This document shows, in pieces, positions 1 to 12,094 of a DNA stretch of 64,000 nt. Position 1 is the first letter of the stretch; every line of letters starts with the position of its first letter. The DNA comes from Octopus vulgaris (taxonomy: Eukaryota), in assembly GCA_951406725.2 (NCBI GenBank), contig OX597831.1, positions 69,626,001 to 69,690,000 of the forward strand, written 5' to 3'. The notes under the pieces are model-generated. The model saw only the letters and a list, made by a program, of their open reading frames with translations, was not told the origin of the DNA and searched no databases. A program made the position numbers and the translations under genes.

Positions 1-274
1 TAGACTAAATTCACTTAATCATTAGTTCTTGTGTCCCCTCTCCAAAGAGAAGAAAAACAAAGCTGACTTAGCAGAATTTAATTGCAGAATTTTGGACAGT
101 ACACCTAACTGGTCACTTGATTTAATGTTGCCACCTTGCACTTGGATGCCTTTAGAAAAGTATGATGTCTTGCAAACATTTGAATCAGTTACTTGGAGTG
201 AGAATAACATCCTCCCATCAGTCTCAAAGGCTCTGAAAACTATCAGGATGATACAATTTTTTCTCTGGTCAGGT

Positions 275-315
<41 letters not shown>

Positions 316-1049
316 AAACAAACCTAGACAGCCAAAACTAAATTATCTAAAACATTTACTTTCTAGCATTACTATTTGTGCTGTTATCACTGTCCTTGCT
401 TAGTTCATAATAATAGAAGAGACCAAGGAACAGTTTCTGTACCATTCCTGTAAGTGGTGGTGCTGAATTCTTTCAACCCATTGAGTTTTTGACATGTACC
501 GTGAAATGTTATCCTGTAATGTATGTAGCAAGTTCATATTAAGGTAGGAGCTATGTATGCTGCAGTTCTGGAGACCAAACGGCTTTCAGGGACATGAATA
601 ATATAATTACATTATATGTTGATAAATGTAGGGCCTACTTCTTTGTTATAGCATCTAGGCAATGAACATCTAAAACTCCAAATGGATATCACAAGTGGAT
701 TTGAAATGAAATCTGCAACTTTTAAAAATGCTCGTAAACTTTATAGTGCTTATACTGCTTAAAGCAAGGAACTGAAGCAGGACATGTTTCTAATTAATAT
801 GGGTGTCTAAGACAGTTAAAAGCAGGGTTTGTCACAGGATATGAATCACTAAACTTTGCCTTCTACTACAAAACCATATTGATTTGGCATGCTTAAACTT
901 ACTTTGAGGTATAGTAATCAATAAACTCCATTAGATATCAGGAAATTGTCTTTCTTTTTCATAGAATTTTCTAATAGTAATTAAGTGGGTAGAGATATTC
1001 ACAATTGAAACACAATGCAAAAATTAGCCTGACCTGCTCAGTCTGTGAT

Positions 1050-1330
1050 GAGCTGAAAAGCTAATGTTTCGAAATGTTTTTTCTGAGTAGTTGCAGCCAA
1101 AAATTTTGGATTTCTGACAACAAAACTATGTCTATCTATCAAGTTAATGGGAATATTGGCAAACTTGAATTTTCACCACTAATAGCCTGATGAGAAAACA
1201 ATAGAATAATAGTCAACTAAATGGGAGAAAAGATGAAAATCTCAAAGACATTGTGGTCTGCTGTCAGAAGTCCTAATATAAATATTTATATTAATCAAAC
1301 AAAGCTTCAAACGACCTTCTATCCATTTTA
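1050..1330. repeat. Decayed inverted-repeat element (possible old MITE)
   Basis: ggatttctgacaacaaaactatgtct (~1109-1134) is an imperfect reverse complement of agacattgtggtctgctgtcagaagtcc (~1246-1273); boundaries approximate. Confidence 0.35.
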
Positions 1331-2419
1331 TTTCAATTTGCTTTTATTTGTATTTCTTTTTAAATACATCATATCTAAGGAAATCTGCCAACACGTATGC
1401 AAAGTCATATTTAATTTTTTTTTATTTCAGTTTCTTTTTTTTTTTTTACATCTGCAACAAGAAATATTTGACTTTTCAATTTCGTTGTTCAAAGGAACCA
1501 GAAATTATTGTTTTCAAAAGTTCAAAAAGACACTCATTTTGATTATGAAGCTGTAGTTTTACAAATATTGACTTGGCAGATTTGTGTGATTCTACCTCTC
1601 TGATAAAGCTTCCACTTTGCTTTGGAATGGAATCTGCTTTTATTTTATTTTATTTTATTTCTAATTGGAACATTTCATACTTTTATTTTCCTTTTTATTT
1701 GTTGTAAATAATAGAGTTGATATTCGATGTATTTAAATGGACTTCAAAATGATTCCATGTATAGACTTCACTTGGCACTAGCAATTCTGTCTACAGATTT
1801 TAGATTCTATAGAAAAGGAATTATTTTATTTCATAACAAAACATTTTTGTTGTAACCTTCTCTTTTCATATATATATATATATATGTGTGTAAATTTATC
1901 AAGTTTTCACTAAAGCTTCCTCAGTCATTCTTAATACAATAAACAATTACAATAGAATACAATAAATCAGATGGCAAATGCTTCTCACTTGCAATGCCTT
2001 TTATACTTACTAACAGAAAATAATCCATCTATATTTACCCTGTTGACTTGTTTGCTGTCTAATTATAATTGAAGGCAGTTTCAAATGAGAATGTTTGATG
2101 ATGATCTATAGCAAGGAATAGCAGAACTTACCATTTCTACTTTTGAATAGAGAATGAATTAGGGTTGAAGAAGAATGATATACTACACTGTGAAAGAAAG
2201 ATAGAATGGTAGATGCACTAAAGTAGATATATAATAATCTGTACAGTGAGGGCATGTTTGTCAAAAGCAGTTAGCATGTGTATAAACAAATACAGATAGA
2301 TAAAGGGATGAGGAATATCAAATGTCGGATACTTTCATCCTCTAGCAAACCACCAGTGTTGGCTAGAGTTCTAAGGTAGCAAGAGTGGGAGGGAGTGAGC
2401 TAGAATGGTAATAATGCGA

Positions 2420-2649
2420 GCGGTGAGCTGGCAGAAACGTTAGCATGCTGGGCGAAATGCTTAGCGGTATTTCATCAGCCGATATGTTCTGAGTTCAAAT
2501 TACGCCGAGGTCGACTTCGCCTTTCATCCTTTCATGGTCGATAAATTAAGTACCAGTTACACACTGGGGTCGTTATAATCGACTTAATCCGTTTGTCTAT
2601 CCTTGTTTGTCCTCTCTGTGTTTAGCCCCTTGTGGGTAGTAAAGAAATA
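2420..2649 (+). mobile_element. tRNA-derived SINE, family A (young), with TSD
   Basis: Head gcggtgagctggcagaaacgttagc, B-box-like gagttcaaatt, core gtcgact..gcctttcatcctttc..ggtcgataaattaagtacc, tail gggtagtaaagaaata; flanked by ggtaataatg(c/t)ga at 2407-2419 and 2650-2662. Confidence 0.92.
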
Positions 2650-2964
2650 GGTAATAATGTGATTGGAAAAGATAATGACGATCTCAAATTATAGTGAGCA
2701 TGATACCACAAGAGGTGAGTAGAGATATGACTTTATTATTCATTTAAACATTGAACTGTGATCCTTCCTTCTAATCCTTCCTTCATTTTTGACAATCTGT
2801 AAAGTACTGATATCCTTGATTGGGGATATTTCTTCATTTTCACATTTTTCTGACTTCTCCCACTCTGATAATAGAATATTCAACGTATGGAATCCTTACT
2901 TAATATCATAGCTCACATCCTGGTTATTCTAGAAACAGTTGTAATATGTTTATATTCTCTATCT

Positions 2965-3926
2965 AGCGTAAATGCAGAGGTACCAAGGATCAACTCATGG
3001 TAGACAAAAACTGAACTTAGAGACTGCAACAGGAGGAAAACAAACTTAGCCATGCCATGGATCAATTATTGTAAGGCATACAATGTGATCCCACATTCTT
3101 GGATTATGGAATGTATGAACATATTTGGTATTGCATCGAATGTTGAGTGACTGCTTGGAAAAAGTATGGCAAAGTGGAGGATGGAACTAACAGCAAATGG
3201 AAAAAGTTTAGGGACAACAGAAATCAGGAGAGGCATATTCCAAGGGGACTGCCAGCCCCACTGATCTTTGTGCTGTGCATGAAACCACTAACACTGATTC
3301 TGAAATCAAAGGCTGGGTATGTATTCAAGAGCCACCAACAAAACGTCAACCACTTGGTATTCATGGGTGACCTCAAACTTTATGGTAAAGATGAATCCTA
3401 AATCAGTTCCCTTGTTGATACGGTGTATACTTTAAGTGCTGATATCTGAATGGAGTTTGGACTGAAAAGGTGTGGTGTGTTAGTCTTGAACAGGGGCAAA
3501 ATCAAATGTATGGACAAGCTAGTGATACCATTAGGGGATGTTATGAAGCAAAGAGAAGAGACGGGCTATAAATACTTGGGGATATTGGAAATGAAGAAAG
3601 AAATGACTGAAACATTTAAGGTGGAGTACTTGCGCAGACTGAGACTGACCCTTAAGTCGAAATTAAACAGATGGAATAGGATTGAAGCTATCAACAACTG
3701 GGCGGTTTCACTACTTAGATATGGAACAGGGGTAATTAACATCCTTAGAAAAACCCTATCCATTTAAGTGTCTGTGTTGTATTACATGAAGATATCTTGC
3801 TTCTGCCCTTGCCATTTTCCCTCCCCAAGCTTTCAGTCATATTGTAACATCTTTTATCCTTCACTCACCTTAGGACACTGGGTGTGTCTCAGCGAGTGAT
3901 TGTAGCAAACATGCAGATTAAATGTA

Positions 3927-3960
<34 letters not shown>
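2965..3960 (+). mobile_element. Decayed, internally deleted R4/Dong-clade non-LTR retrotransposon (RT remnant, 3' UTR, (TAA)n tail)
   Basis: Frameshifted motifs GTKDQLMVDK, TNLAMPWINYCKAYNVIPHSWI, PLIFVLCMKPLT, NHLVFMGDLKLY, MEFGLKRCG, YKYLGILE, EYLRRLRLTLKSKLN..NRIEAINNWAV, ending ILRKTLSI*; followed by ~160 bp UTR and (TAA)n. Confidence 0.85.
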
Positions 3961-3962
<2 letters not shown>

Positions 3963-4165
3963 CCTTTCCTCTAAATGCACAAAGCCTGAAATTTGGAGGA
4001 GAGGTATAGTCGGTTACATTGACCCCAGTGTTCAACTGGTACTTATTTCATCGATTCTGAAAGAATGAAAGGCATAGCCGATTTTGGCAGAATTTGAACT
4101 CTGAAAGTCAAGGTGGACAAAATGCCACTAAGCATTTTTCCTACCATGCTAATAATTCTGTCAGA
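3961..4165 (-). mobile_element. SINE family B (older; same head/core as A, (ATT)n tail)
   Basis: Reverse complement of A-type head/core plus aaatttcaggc.ttgtgc tail, abutting (AAT)n. Confidence 0.8.
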
Positions 4166-4202
4166 TAATAATAACAAGAACAACAACAACAATAACAACA
4201 AC

Positions 4203-4254
<52 letters not shown>

Positions 4255-4256
4255 GT
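4166..4256. repeat. (AAC)n/(AAT)n microsatellite
   Basis: Direct inspection. Confidence 0.95.
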
Positions 4257-4342
4257 AATCTGCTGGCTGTGAGCAGTTTGCATTTTCCATCATACCCAGC
4301 CAAATAAAGCTGTGATTTTTCATGATATAATAATAATAATAA

Positions 4343-4545
4343 TTCTTTCTTCTATAGACACAGGGCCTGAAATTTATGGAAATGGGGCTAGTCAATTATA
4401 TGAGCACCTAGTACTTATTTCATCAACCCCAAAAGGACGAAAGGCAAAGTTGACCTCAGTGGAATTTGAACTCTAAATATAAACATGGACCAAATGTTGT
4501 TGAGCCTTTTGTCTGGCATGCTAACAATTCTGCCAGCTTGCTGGC
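4343..4545 (-). mobile_element. SINE family B copy
   Basis: Same core (gtacttattttcatcaaccccaaaaggacgaaaggcaaagttgacc) and tail; preceded by (AAT)n. Confidence 0.78.
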
Positions 4546-4561
4546 TCAAAGTATAATAATA

Positions 4562-4696
4562 ATCCTTCCTACTATAGGGACAAAACCTGAAATTTGGGGG
4601 GATTACATCGATTCCATTGCTCAACTGGTACTTATTTCATCGACTCCAAAAGGATCAACGGTAAAGTTGATGTCAGAAGATAAAGATGGATGAAAT
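4562..4696 (-). mobile_element. SINE family B copy, truncated or interrupted by a young family A SINE
   Basis: Tail and core present; ends at gatgaaatac where the family A copy begins. Confidence 0.7.
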
Positions 4697-4931
4697 ACCT
4701 ATTTCTTTACTACCCACAAGGGGCTAAATACAGAGGGGACAAACAAGGACAGACAAACGGATTAAGTCGATTGTATTGACCCCAGTGCGTAACTGGTACT
4801 TATTTAATTGACCCCGAAAGGATGAAAGGCAAAGTTGACCTCAGCAGAATTTGAACTCAGAACGTTAGGGCAGATGAAATACGGCTACGCATTTCGCCCG
4901 GCGTGCTAACGTTTCTGCCAGTTCGCCGCCT
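4697..4931 (-). mobile_element. SINE family A (young)
   Basis: Near-identical reverse complement of 2420-2649. Confidence 0.92.
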
Positions 4932-4947
4932 CATAATAATGATAATA

Positions 4948-5160
4948 ATCCTTTCTATTAAAGACACAATGCTTTAAATTCCGGGGGAGGAGAATAGTTG
5001 ACTACACTGGCCCCAGTGTTTCACTGGTACTTAATATACTGACCCTCAAAAGATGAAAGGCAGAGTGGACCTTGGTGGAATTTGAACTCAGAACGTAAAG
5101 ATGGACAAACTGCCACTAAGCATTTTTCCTGGCATGCTAACGATTCTGCCAGCCTGCCAC
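4948..5160 (-). mobile_element. SINE family B copy
   Basis: Head, core and B-type tail; preceded by aataatgataataat. Confidence 0.8.
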
Positions 5161-5670
5161 ATTAATAATGGTAACAACAATAGGAAAGAATATAAAGAAG
5201 AAATATTGTGCTAAAAGAATCCTGATAAGATATAACTTTGAAAGTAATGCATTCTAAAATGTATCAATAAATTGAAGTCTCCCAAAATGGATAAAATGTA
5301 AAAAGTTTGGAAGAAAAATAAGAACTCGGCAAACGCATACAAAAACCTTGCAAAAGTATGAACCATTTAATGCAAGAGTTCAACATTAACATGTAAATAG
5401 TTCCCCAAGAGAAAAAAATTTGTCCTAATTTCCTAAAATAAAGAAACATCTTTCCTTAACAGTAATTTACCTTTGCTTTTCATGGTTAAAGCAAGGTTAA
5501 TTAGAGGCAACATGTGGCCAGAAGGTATCAGAATTGATTTTCAAGTTCTAATCACCTCACAAAGGATATTAAGTGATGGTAGAACTGTGCATATTTGATG
5601 ATGTTGAGACAAAGGGCATGAAATAATGAGACAAGGTAATAAGTTTAGTTGCTACATTTGTAAGACTTAC

Positions 5671-5693
5671 CTTTGATCACTCGTCTTGAAGAA
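5671..5693 (-). other. Candidate 23-nt micro-exon of an unidentified minus-strand gene
   Basis: Minus strand reads ...ttttttgtctttctag|TTCTTCAAGACGAGTGATCAAAG|gtaagt: polypyrimidine tract, AG acceptor and consensus donor. Confidence 0.35.
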
Positions 5694-7681
5694 CTAGAAA
5701 GACAAAAAAAGTTCTAAAATAAGTAGGAAATGTAGAGCAAATGAGAGAGCAGCAAGATTAAGAAACATCAGTTTCTATAGCACTATCAACCCAAAGCCTA
5801 AGGATGGCTGGAGAAACTGAATTATGTCCACTATTAGAAAAAACAAGAAACAGGTTTTCTCATAGCAGTAGCAATTAAGTGGGCCATTCTGTGATCATGC
5901 TGTTAAGGAGAAAAATAATTGTTGCAGAGGTAAATGTACAGTTAAAGGAAAAAAAAAAAGAAATGTAATAAAAAAAAAGGGAAAACCTTTTGAAAACAGA
6001 AAAGTTAATACAAAACAACAGACTAAAAGGAACAATTCCTTCTAAACAACAGTAACCATCTTTGGAAAAATACTGAAAATATAGAGTAAGATGGGAGCGG
6101 CTGTGTGGACATAAACCTGCCCTTTTTCTTTCTTTCTTCCTTGTTTTTTTTTCATACACTTTTGTTTATTACATTCTCTCTTTTCATGCTTAGTCTCTGC
6201 CACTTTCTGTTTTACATGTTGGTTTAGCTTGTCTCTTTACTTCTTTATTACTTTCTCTTTTCCTTTATTTATTTATTTTTGTTTCTTTTTGTTGCAAAGA
6301 TGGACATTAAAGGGGACCTTTCATTAAAAATCAGTTTGAAAGTTTATCATGTGCTGTTGTATCTTAGTAGTAATAGGAGATTCCTGTGACATGCTGAAAC
6401 AAACTATATAATCAAAGGGTCCTTTGTGTCTACTGACATAGCGAACTTGAAGCCCAGTGGACTGCAATGATTACCTTGGGTCACTCAGTGAAATTGGATC
6501 CAACTGTCATGAATATTTTTCGTGACAACTACATCTCAGGGGTTGTGCTCCACCTGCCAAGTCCTGCAACACAGTTATGGATAGCAAGTGGCTCAAGTAT
6601 GTGTTGTTGCTAAACATATATTTATTTTTGAACCAGTGGTGATGAGAGCATCGATCCCTGCTTGTAAACTGACAAATGATTTTTATGAATACCACTGGGA
6701 CAAAAATTGCTGATGCAACAATTGAAGTGTGTTCTGGCAGTTGTCTTTGATATGTCAGTGGACATAAAATATACCACGAATGAATAAAGAAAACTTTTCT
6801 GTTTGAGACATATTTCATTTGTCCCCTCTCACTTCTACCCTTTTTACTCCCAGTTCCTTTCTTCTTGTTTCTATAGAGTTCATAGTCTTGTGAAGGAAGT
6901 TGTGTAGTAGTGGAGGTTCTTTTTGTCTCTCTATTTTTGCCAAGCATTTCAATTAAGAAATGTATGAGTGTGTGTGTGGGATATGTTTGTATCAGCATGC
7001 ATAATACATGATATTGTTTGTTCTTAAGTTAATTATCAGTTTATGGGATTTTTCATTCTTCTTTTTCTTTTCTTTTTCTCTATTTTTTTTTTTTAGTAAT
7101 TTACTGTTATAGTAACATGATAAGATACAAAATAACATTTCTCAGATAAGCAGCCTATTTATTATGTTTATAGCATCAAGTTAATATATTGCTACATGTA
7201 TATCCATATTTTCGCAAACTCCAGATGTACTTGCAATCATAATTCCTTCTGTCGGTTATTTATACAGCAAGCTCTTCATATATTCCTGTTAGGAATTTAC
7301 AATTGCATTGTTATAAATTCCTAGTTCAGTTTTTCTTTACTTAACTTCTTGCTGTTGCATGACTGTCAAATTTATTTACCTGGTCCATCCATCACATGGC
7401 AAGAACTTATTTGTATTAGTTTTGTTGTTGCATGGTGGACAAATAAGTTTTGCTATATATTACTTTACATATGTTTATAGTATTATAGTGGGTTTTGATC
7501 ACTGGTTTAAACTGCTAGAACTGTTAGGTATATGATTATGAGTTCAAAATGACTTACATTTTCTTGGTCAGACAAATTTTTCACTTTATCTTAGTCAAAT
7601 GAAATGACAAGTATTTGAAACTACCTGACAATAGTCTAATCTAATCAGATGAAAAATCTTTGAAAATATGTAAAATCAATT

Positions 7682-7692
7682 TTATATACATA

Positions 7693-7760
<68 letters not shown>

Positions 7761-7785
7761 TATATGTATATAAAATTGATTTTAC

Positions 7786-7847
<62 letters not shown>

Positions 7848-7850
7848 TAC
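7682..7850. repeat. (TA)n microsatellites
   Basis: Direct inspection. Confidence 0.95.
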
Positions 7851-7851
7851 A

Positions 7852-7994
7852 AGCACAGGCATGGCCCAGTAGTAAGAAGCTTGCTTCCCAACCACATGGT
7901 TCAGGTTCAGTCCCACTGCATAGTACTTGGCAAGAGATGTCGACTATAACTTCAGGCTGACCAAAGCTTTATGATAGACACTGAAAGAAGCTTG

Positions 7995-7997
<3 letters not shown>
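7852..7997 (+). mobile_element. SINE family C, 5' half only (older)
   Basis: gcacaggcatggc..gtaagaagcttgcttcccaaccacatggttcaggttcagtcccactgc...ctgaaagaagcttgtc, then (TA)n. Confidence 0.8.
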
Positions 7998-8036
<39 letters not shown>

Positions 8037-8039
<3 letters not shown>

Positions 8040-8580
8040 TTCAAAAGAAAGTAAGAAAATATAGATATAACATTTAATAAAAAATTATCTGCAAAAATCA
8101 AACATAGTCCCTTACAACTGTTTGAATTAAGCCTAAAAGATTAAATAATAATTATTAAAATCATGATATCAGGCAAAAATCTCTTCAGAGGAGTAGAAGA
8201 AAGATATACTGTTAGGCTTTTGTGTGTTGTATTCTGTGTGATGGTTTTAAAATACAACACATAAAAACCTAATATATATCTTTTTTCTACCCCTCTGAAG
8301 AGATTTTGGCCAATATAATGATTTTAATAATTGCTATTTAGTCTTTTAGGCTTTATTGAAACAGCTGTAAGGGACTATGTTTGATTTTTGCAGAAAATAA
8401 ATCTTTATCAAATACTATATCTCCATTTTCTTACTTTCCTTTGAATGATTATAAACTGGGGTTTATACATAAACCTATTGTTTTATGAATATTATTGTTC
8501 ACAACAATTGTTAGATATTAAACCAGTAATTCATTGGATGATACCATCCCTTAATGAGGTTAATCTAACCTCTAATTGAC
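8037..8580 (+). mobile_element. Penelope-like-element-associated non-autonomous insert with an inverted (foldback) 5' copy, between (TA)n tracts
   Basis: ~200 bp arms 8037-8233 and 8250-8448 are reverse complements; right arm continues to 8580; both ends abut (TA)n; contains an HHR core. Confidence 0.7.
8290..8374 (+). ncRNA. Minimal type I hammerhead ribozyme motif
   Basis: ccct-CTGAAGA-(stem II)-GAAA-cagctg-TA-aggg; helix I ccct/aggg, palindromic helix III. Confidence 0.72.
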
Positions 8581-8584
8581 TATA

Positions 8585-8630
<46 letters not shown>

Positions 8631-9022
8631 GTGTTGGTCCTCATGGAGGCAAGGCAAGTGGCTGAGTTCCTTTCAAGCATTGGGCCTCGTGGAGGCAAGT
8701 GGGGCTGAGTTCCTTTTGAGTGTTGGGCCTCCCCGAGGTGAGGTGGCTGAGTTCCTTTCGAGCATTGGGCCTCATGGAGGCAAGTGGGACTGAGTTCCTT
8801 TTGAGTGTTGGGCCTCACAGAGGTGAGGTGGCTGAGTTCTTTTCGAGTATTGGGAACCATGGGGGCAAAGTGTCTGAGTTTCTTTTTAGTGTTGGGCTTA
8901 ATGGAAGCAATGACCATGACCTTTGGTACTATGTCATGCTTGAGAAGAAGACCCATCAAGCCGAACAAAATTGCAGTCATGGCAGATACCGGTGTCACAC
9001 AAATGGCACCCATGCTGGTGGC
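8631..9022 (+). repeat. GC-rich 42-43 bp minisatellite (~6.5 units) inside a fragment of an interspersed repeat
   Basis: Units g(t/c)(g/a)ttgggcctc...g(g)ctgagttccttt(c/t)ga repeated 8631-8905, followed by non-tandem repeat-like sequence. Confidence 0.85.
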
Positions 9023-10920
9023 CTATATAGTGTAGTGTGTAAGTTATATGGTCGATCTTACATTGATTTGTAGATGTACATCTATATAAAAGTGTGCATT
9101 TATACAAACACTTCCTTAGTTTAAAAAATTTCAAGAATAATGTTGTATCAAGTATATTATTGTGAATATCAAGTCCAGGGAAAGAAATATTGGAAATTTA
9201 AGGTTTAAAGAAACTATTGTAATTAAAAACTTAATCCATCCATTAACAGAATATATGATCTGAGCTACACTGATTGGCTAACTTAATACTACCAGCCTAT
9301 ATGTTCCCTTCTTCTCATTGGAAATAAAGAGCTCATTAAATTATTTAAATCTATGCCAATTGATTAGAGATTTTTAATCCTATAATGTAGTTTGCTTTGG
9401 TTCTGTTTCTGTTTACACATTTATTATTGTAGTGCCTATCCTAATTACAAATGGAAAACAAAAAAGCTACTTAAACAGTGCTGCTGTAGATAATTAGAAA
9501 TTAAAGCATAATTTTATATTTACTTCATATATGTAGTTGAAGTTGATGAATTACTTTATTGCGATCTTATTTTATATGTAATTCCTTATTTGTTATGGGA
9601 TACCAATGACTAAGTGGAAAGTCCCAAGAAGCCTAATACTTTATCCCACTCGATTGAACCTACTGAAACATGATGTTCATGTTCTGTCCTATGGCTGGAA
9701 ACAAATAGACACATCTATGCATACAAATGCATGCAAGTACACACAAGCACACGTTTTAAAAGTATAAGCAAATTCTGATAGCTTTCTGTTACTTATAGAT
9801 CCAAAATGTTGGTGCTTAAATTTGTAGAATTTTGGACTACAATAATTAGCTTTTCTCACTCTAGGAACTAAATATGGTACTGTAGGTGAACAAATCACTC
9901 CATAAAGCCTCACTGCATCTTCAGGTTGCGACAGCAATGGATTATATCACCTGGAAATCCTTCTTAAAGCCAAGTAGATATTGGCTTCTACTTGAAGTTA
10001 AATGTCTTTAGTATGATCCCAAAGCAACATTTGTGGCAAGGTATAAACTGCTGATCCCTTATCTATTTGTTCAACCTCGTATCGATTCAGTTTTTCCAGT
10101 ATGTATTTATTTGGAAGTTTTTCAAAGAAAACCACAATCACAATCTACATGATTTGTCAAGACGTGTTAAGCCAAGTAAAAATCACTTGACACATTGTCC
10201 AAGCTATAAGTATCTATGCAAAATAAGGTAAAATCTCTATTTTTAAAGAACATTTCATTATGTGCAAGCCCATTTACTGTCCTTCCTTGATTTGCTGAAG
10301 TTAAGAAAGAATAGTATTATATTTGCTTAAAGAAAATATTAAAATAAATTAAATAAGATCTTATATACTGAATTAAATCTATCAAAATACTTCTGGATAT
10401 TTATTGTAGTATGCAAATTGCGAGCTTTGGAATTCAAAGCAGAATTTCAATACTACAAGTCTCTATTCATTTAATGGTCAGAGAGAGGCAGCTGATCTAC
10501 TACAATTGTATTTATATGCCTGTTTGAATAAAACTACACGAAACCATTCCTTTAGCTGCTTCCTTTTCATGATGTCAATAGGAATTATTCTATAAAACAA
10601 AGATTGGCTTAATTTCTATATAAAATAAAACAATACTTCCTACAAAATATTCTGATATTGTTGGATCTCAAATGTCTATTCAACTCATTCATTATTGTGT
10701 CATAGGCTAATATTTGAAGATTTGGAGGAATGTGAAAATCAGCCAGATATTTAAAGTATCTTATTACCATTCAAGTAGAGAGACCAAAATTTGTTTAAGA
10801 CTCTAATTGGGTGGGTTGCACATACAATTACCACAGTCAGTTAAGTTGGAAAATAATTAACAATCTCAACATGATTATTTTCTTATTGCTGTTGGGTAAT
10901 GAAACAGTATTGTATGAGTA

Positions 10921-11150
10921 GCGGCGAGCTGGCAGAATCGTTAGAACGCCAGGCGAAATGCTTAGCAGTATTTCGTCTGCCGTTACGTTGTAAGTTCAAA
11001 TTCCGCCGAGGTCGACTTTGCCTTTCATCCTTTCAGGGTCGATAAATTAAGTACCAGTTACGCACAGGAGTCGATGTAATCGACTTAATACCTATGTCTG
11101 TCCTTGTTTGTCCCCTCTGTGTTTAGCCCTTTGTGGGTAATAAAGAAATA
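10921..11150 (+). mobile_element. SINE family A (young) with 15-bp TSD
   Basis: Full length; agtattgtatgagta at 10906-10920 and 11151-11165. Confidence 0.95.
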
Positions 11151-11361
11151 AGTATTGTATGAGTAGATCAATCATCAGTGAAAATCCAGAGAGTGACCTT
11201 CAAATCCAGCACATGTAACAGTTACAAAGCTGCAGTGTTTGGTAAAATAGTCCAGAAATATCATTTTAGTCTGCTTTGTTATATTCTGCTGTCTAGGCAG
11301 GGGTTGCTGCAGGAGTATGCAAAATGAATTAGGTTACTAACACACAACCTTCTTACCTAAA

Positions 11362-11726
11362 GTTCCAGGTTCAGTCCCACTGCGTGGCATCTTGGGCAAG
11401 TGTCTTCTGCTATAGCCTCGGGCCGACCAATGCCTTGTGAGTGGATTTGGTAGATGGAAACTGAAAGAAGCCTGTCGTATATATGTATATATATATATAT
11501 CTGTGTATGTGTGTGTGTTTGTGTGTCTGTGTTTGTCCCCCCTAGCATTGCTTGACAACCGATGCTGGTGTGTTTACGTCCCTGTCACTTAGCGGTTCGG
11601 CAAAAGAGACCGATAGAATAAGTACTGGGCTTACAAAGAATAAGTCCCGGGGTCGATTTGCTCGACTAAAGGCGGTGCTCCAGCATGGCTGCAGTCAAAT
11701 GATTGAAACATGTAAAAGAGTAAAGA
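11362..11726 (+). mobile_element. SINE family C, 5'-truncated
   Basis: ggttcagtcccactgcgtggcatcttgggcaagtgtc..., internal (TA)/(TG) tract, tail gtcaaatga.tgaaac..gtaaaagagtaaag. Confidence 0.92.
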
Positions 11727-12094
11727 TATAAATATTTTTGGCATGCCAACAAATAGATTAAACAAAAGAAGAAATTGATTTTGCTGTTGGTTTCTGCAAT
11801 TATTTATGTGTGTAGATCAGATGGAAAAGATAGTAATTTTATAATGACGATGCAGTAGTATTCTCATTATATTTTAAAGTATTTTGGATGCTATTGTTGC
11901 TGCTAAGCCTAAATTAGCTCCAGTTGAACAAATCTATGAATAATGACGATCCGATTGTGACCATCTTGCCTATTTTTTCCTTGCAGCTTCCCTGAGACAA
12001 TTCTATCCAATGCGTTTTTCCTGATTTTTTTATAAGATGATAGAATGTGCTGATTTGAATAATATTTGGCTGTTCACTTGTTGGCTCTTTAGCA

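Noticed and set aside
340-760. Possible decayed RT fragment on the minus strand (QGTVLGPLLF-like nucleotides)
   Set aside because: Needs several frameshifts to read; too weak without an alignment.
1186-1200. CTGATGA-GAAA hammerhead-like words here and at ~36901, ~37950 and ~56911
   Set aside because: No stem II, palindromic helix III or helix I closure.
6507-6998. 163-aa minus-strand ORF
   Set aside because: No recognisable domain; partly low-complexity and consistent with chance.
8631-8905. CRISPR-like repeat/spacer appearance
   Set aside because: The variable parts are ~15 nt and homologous to each other; eukaryotic context with no cas genes. It is a minisatellite.
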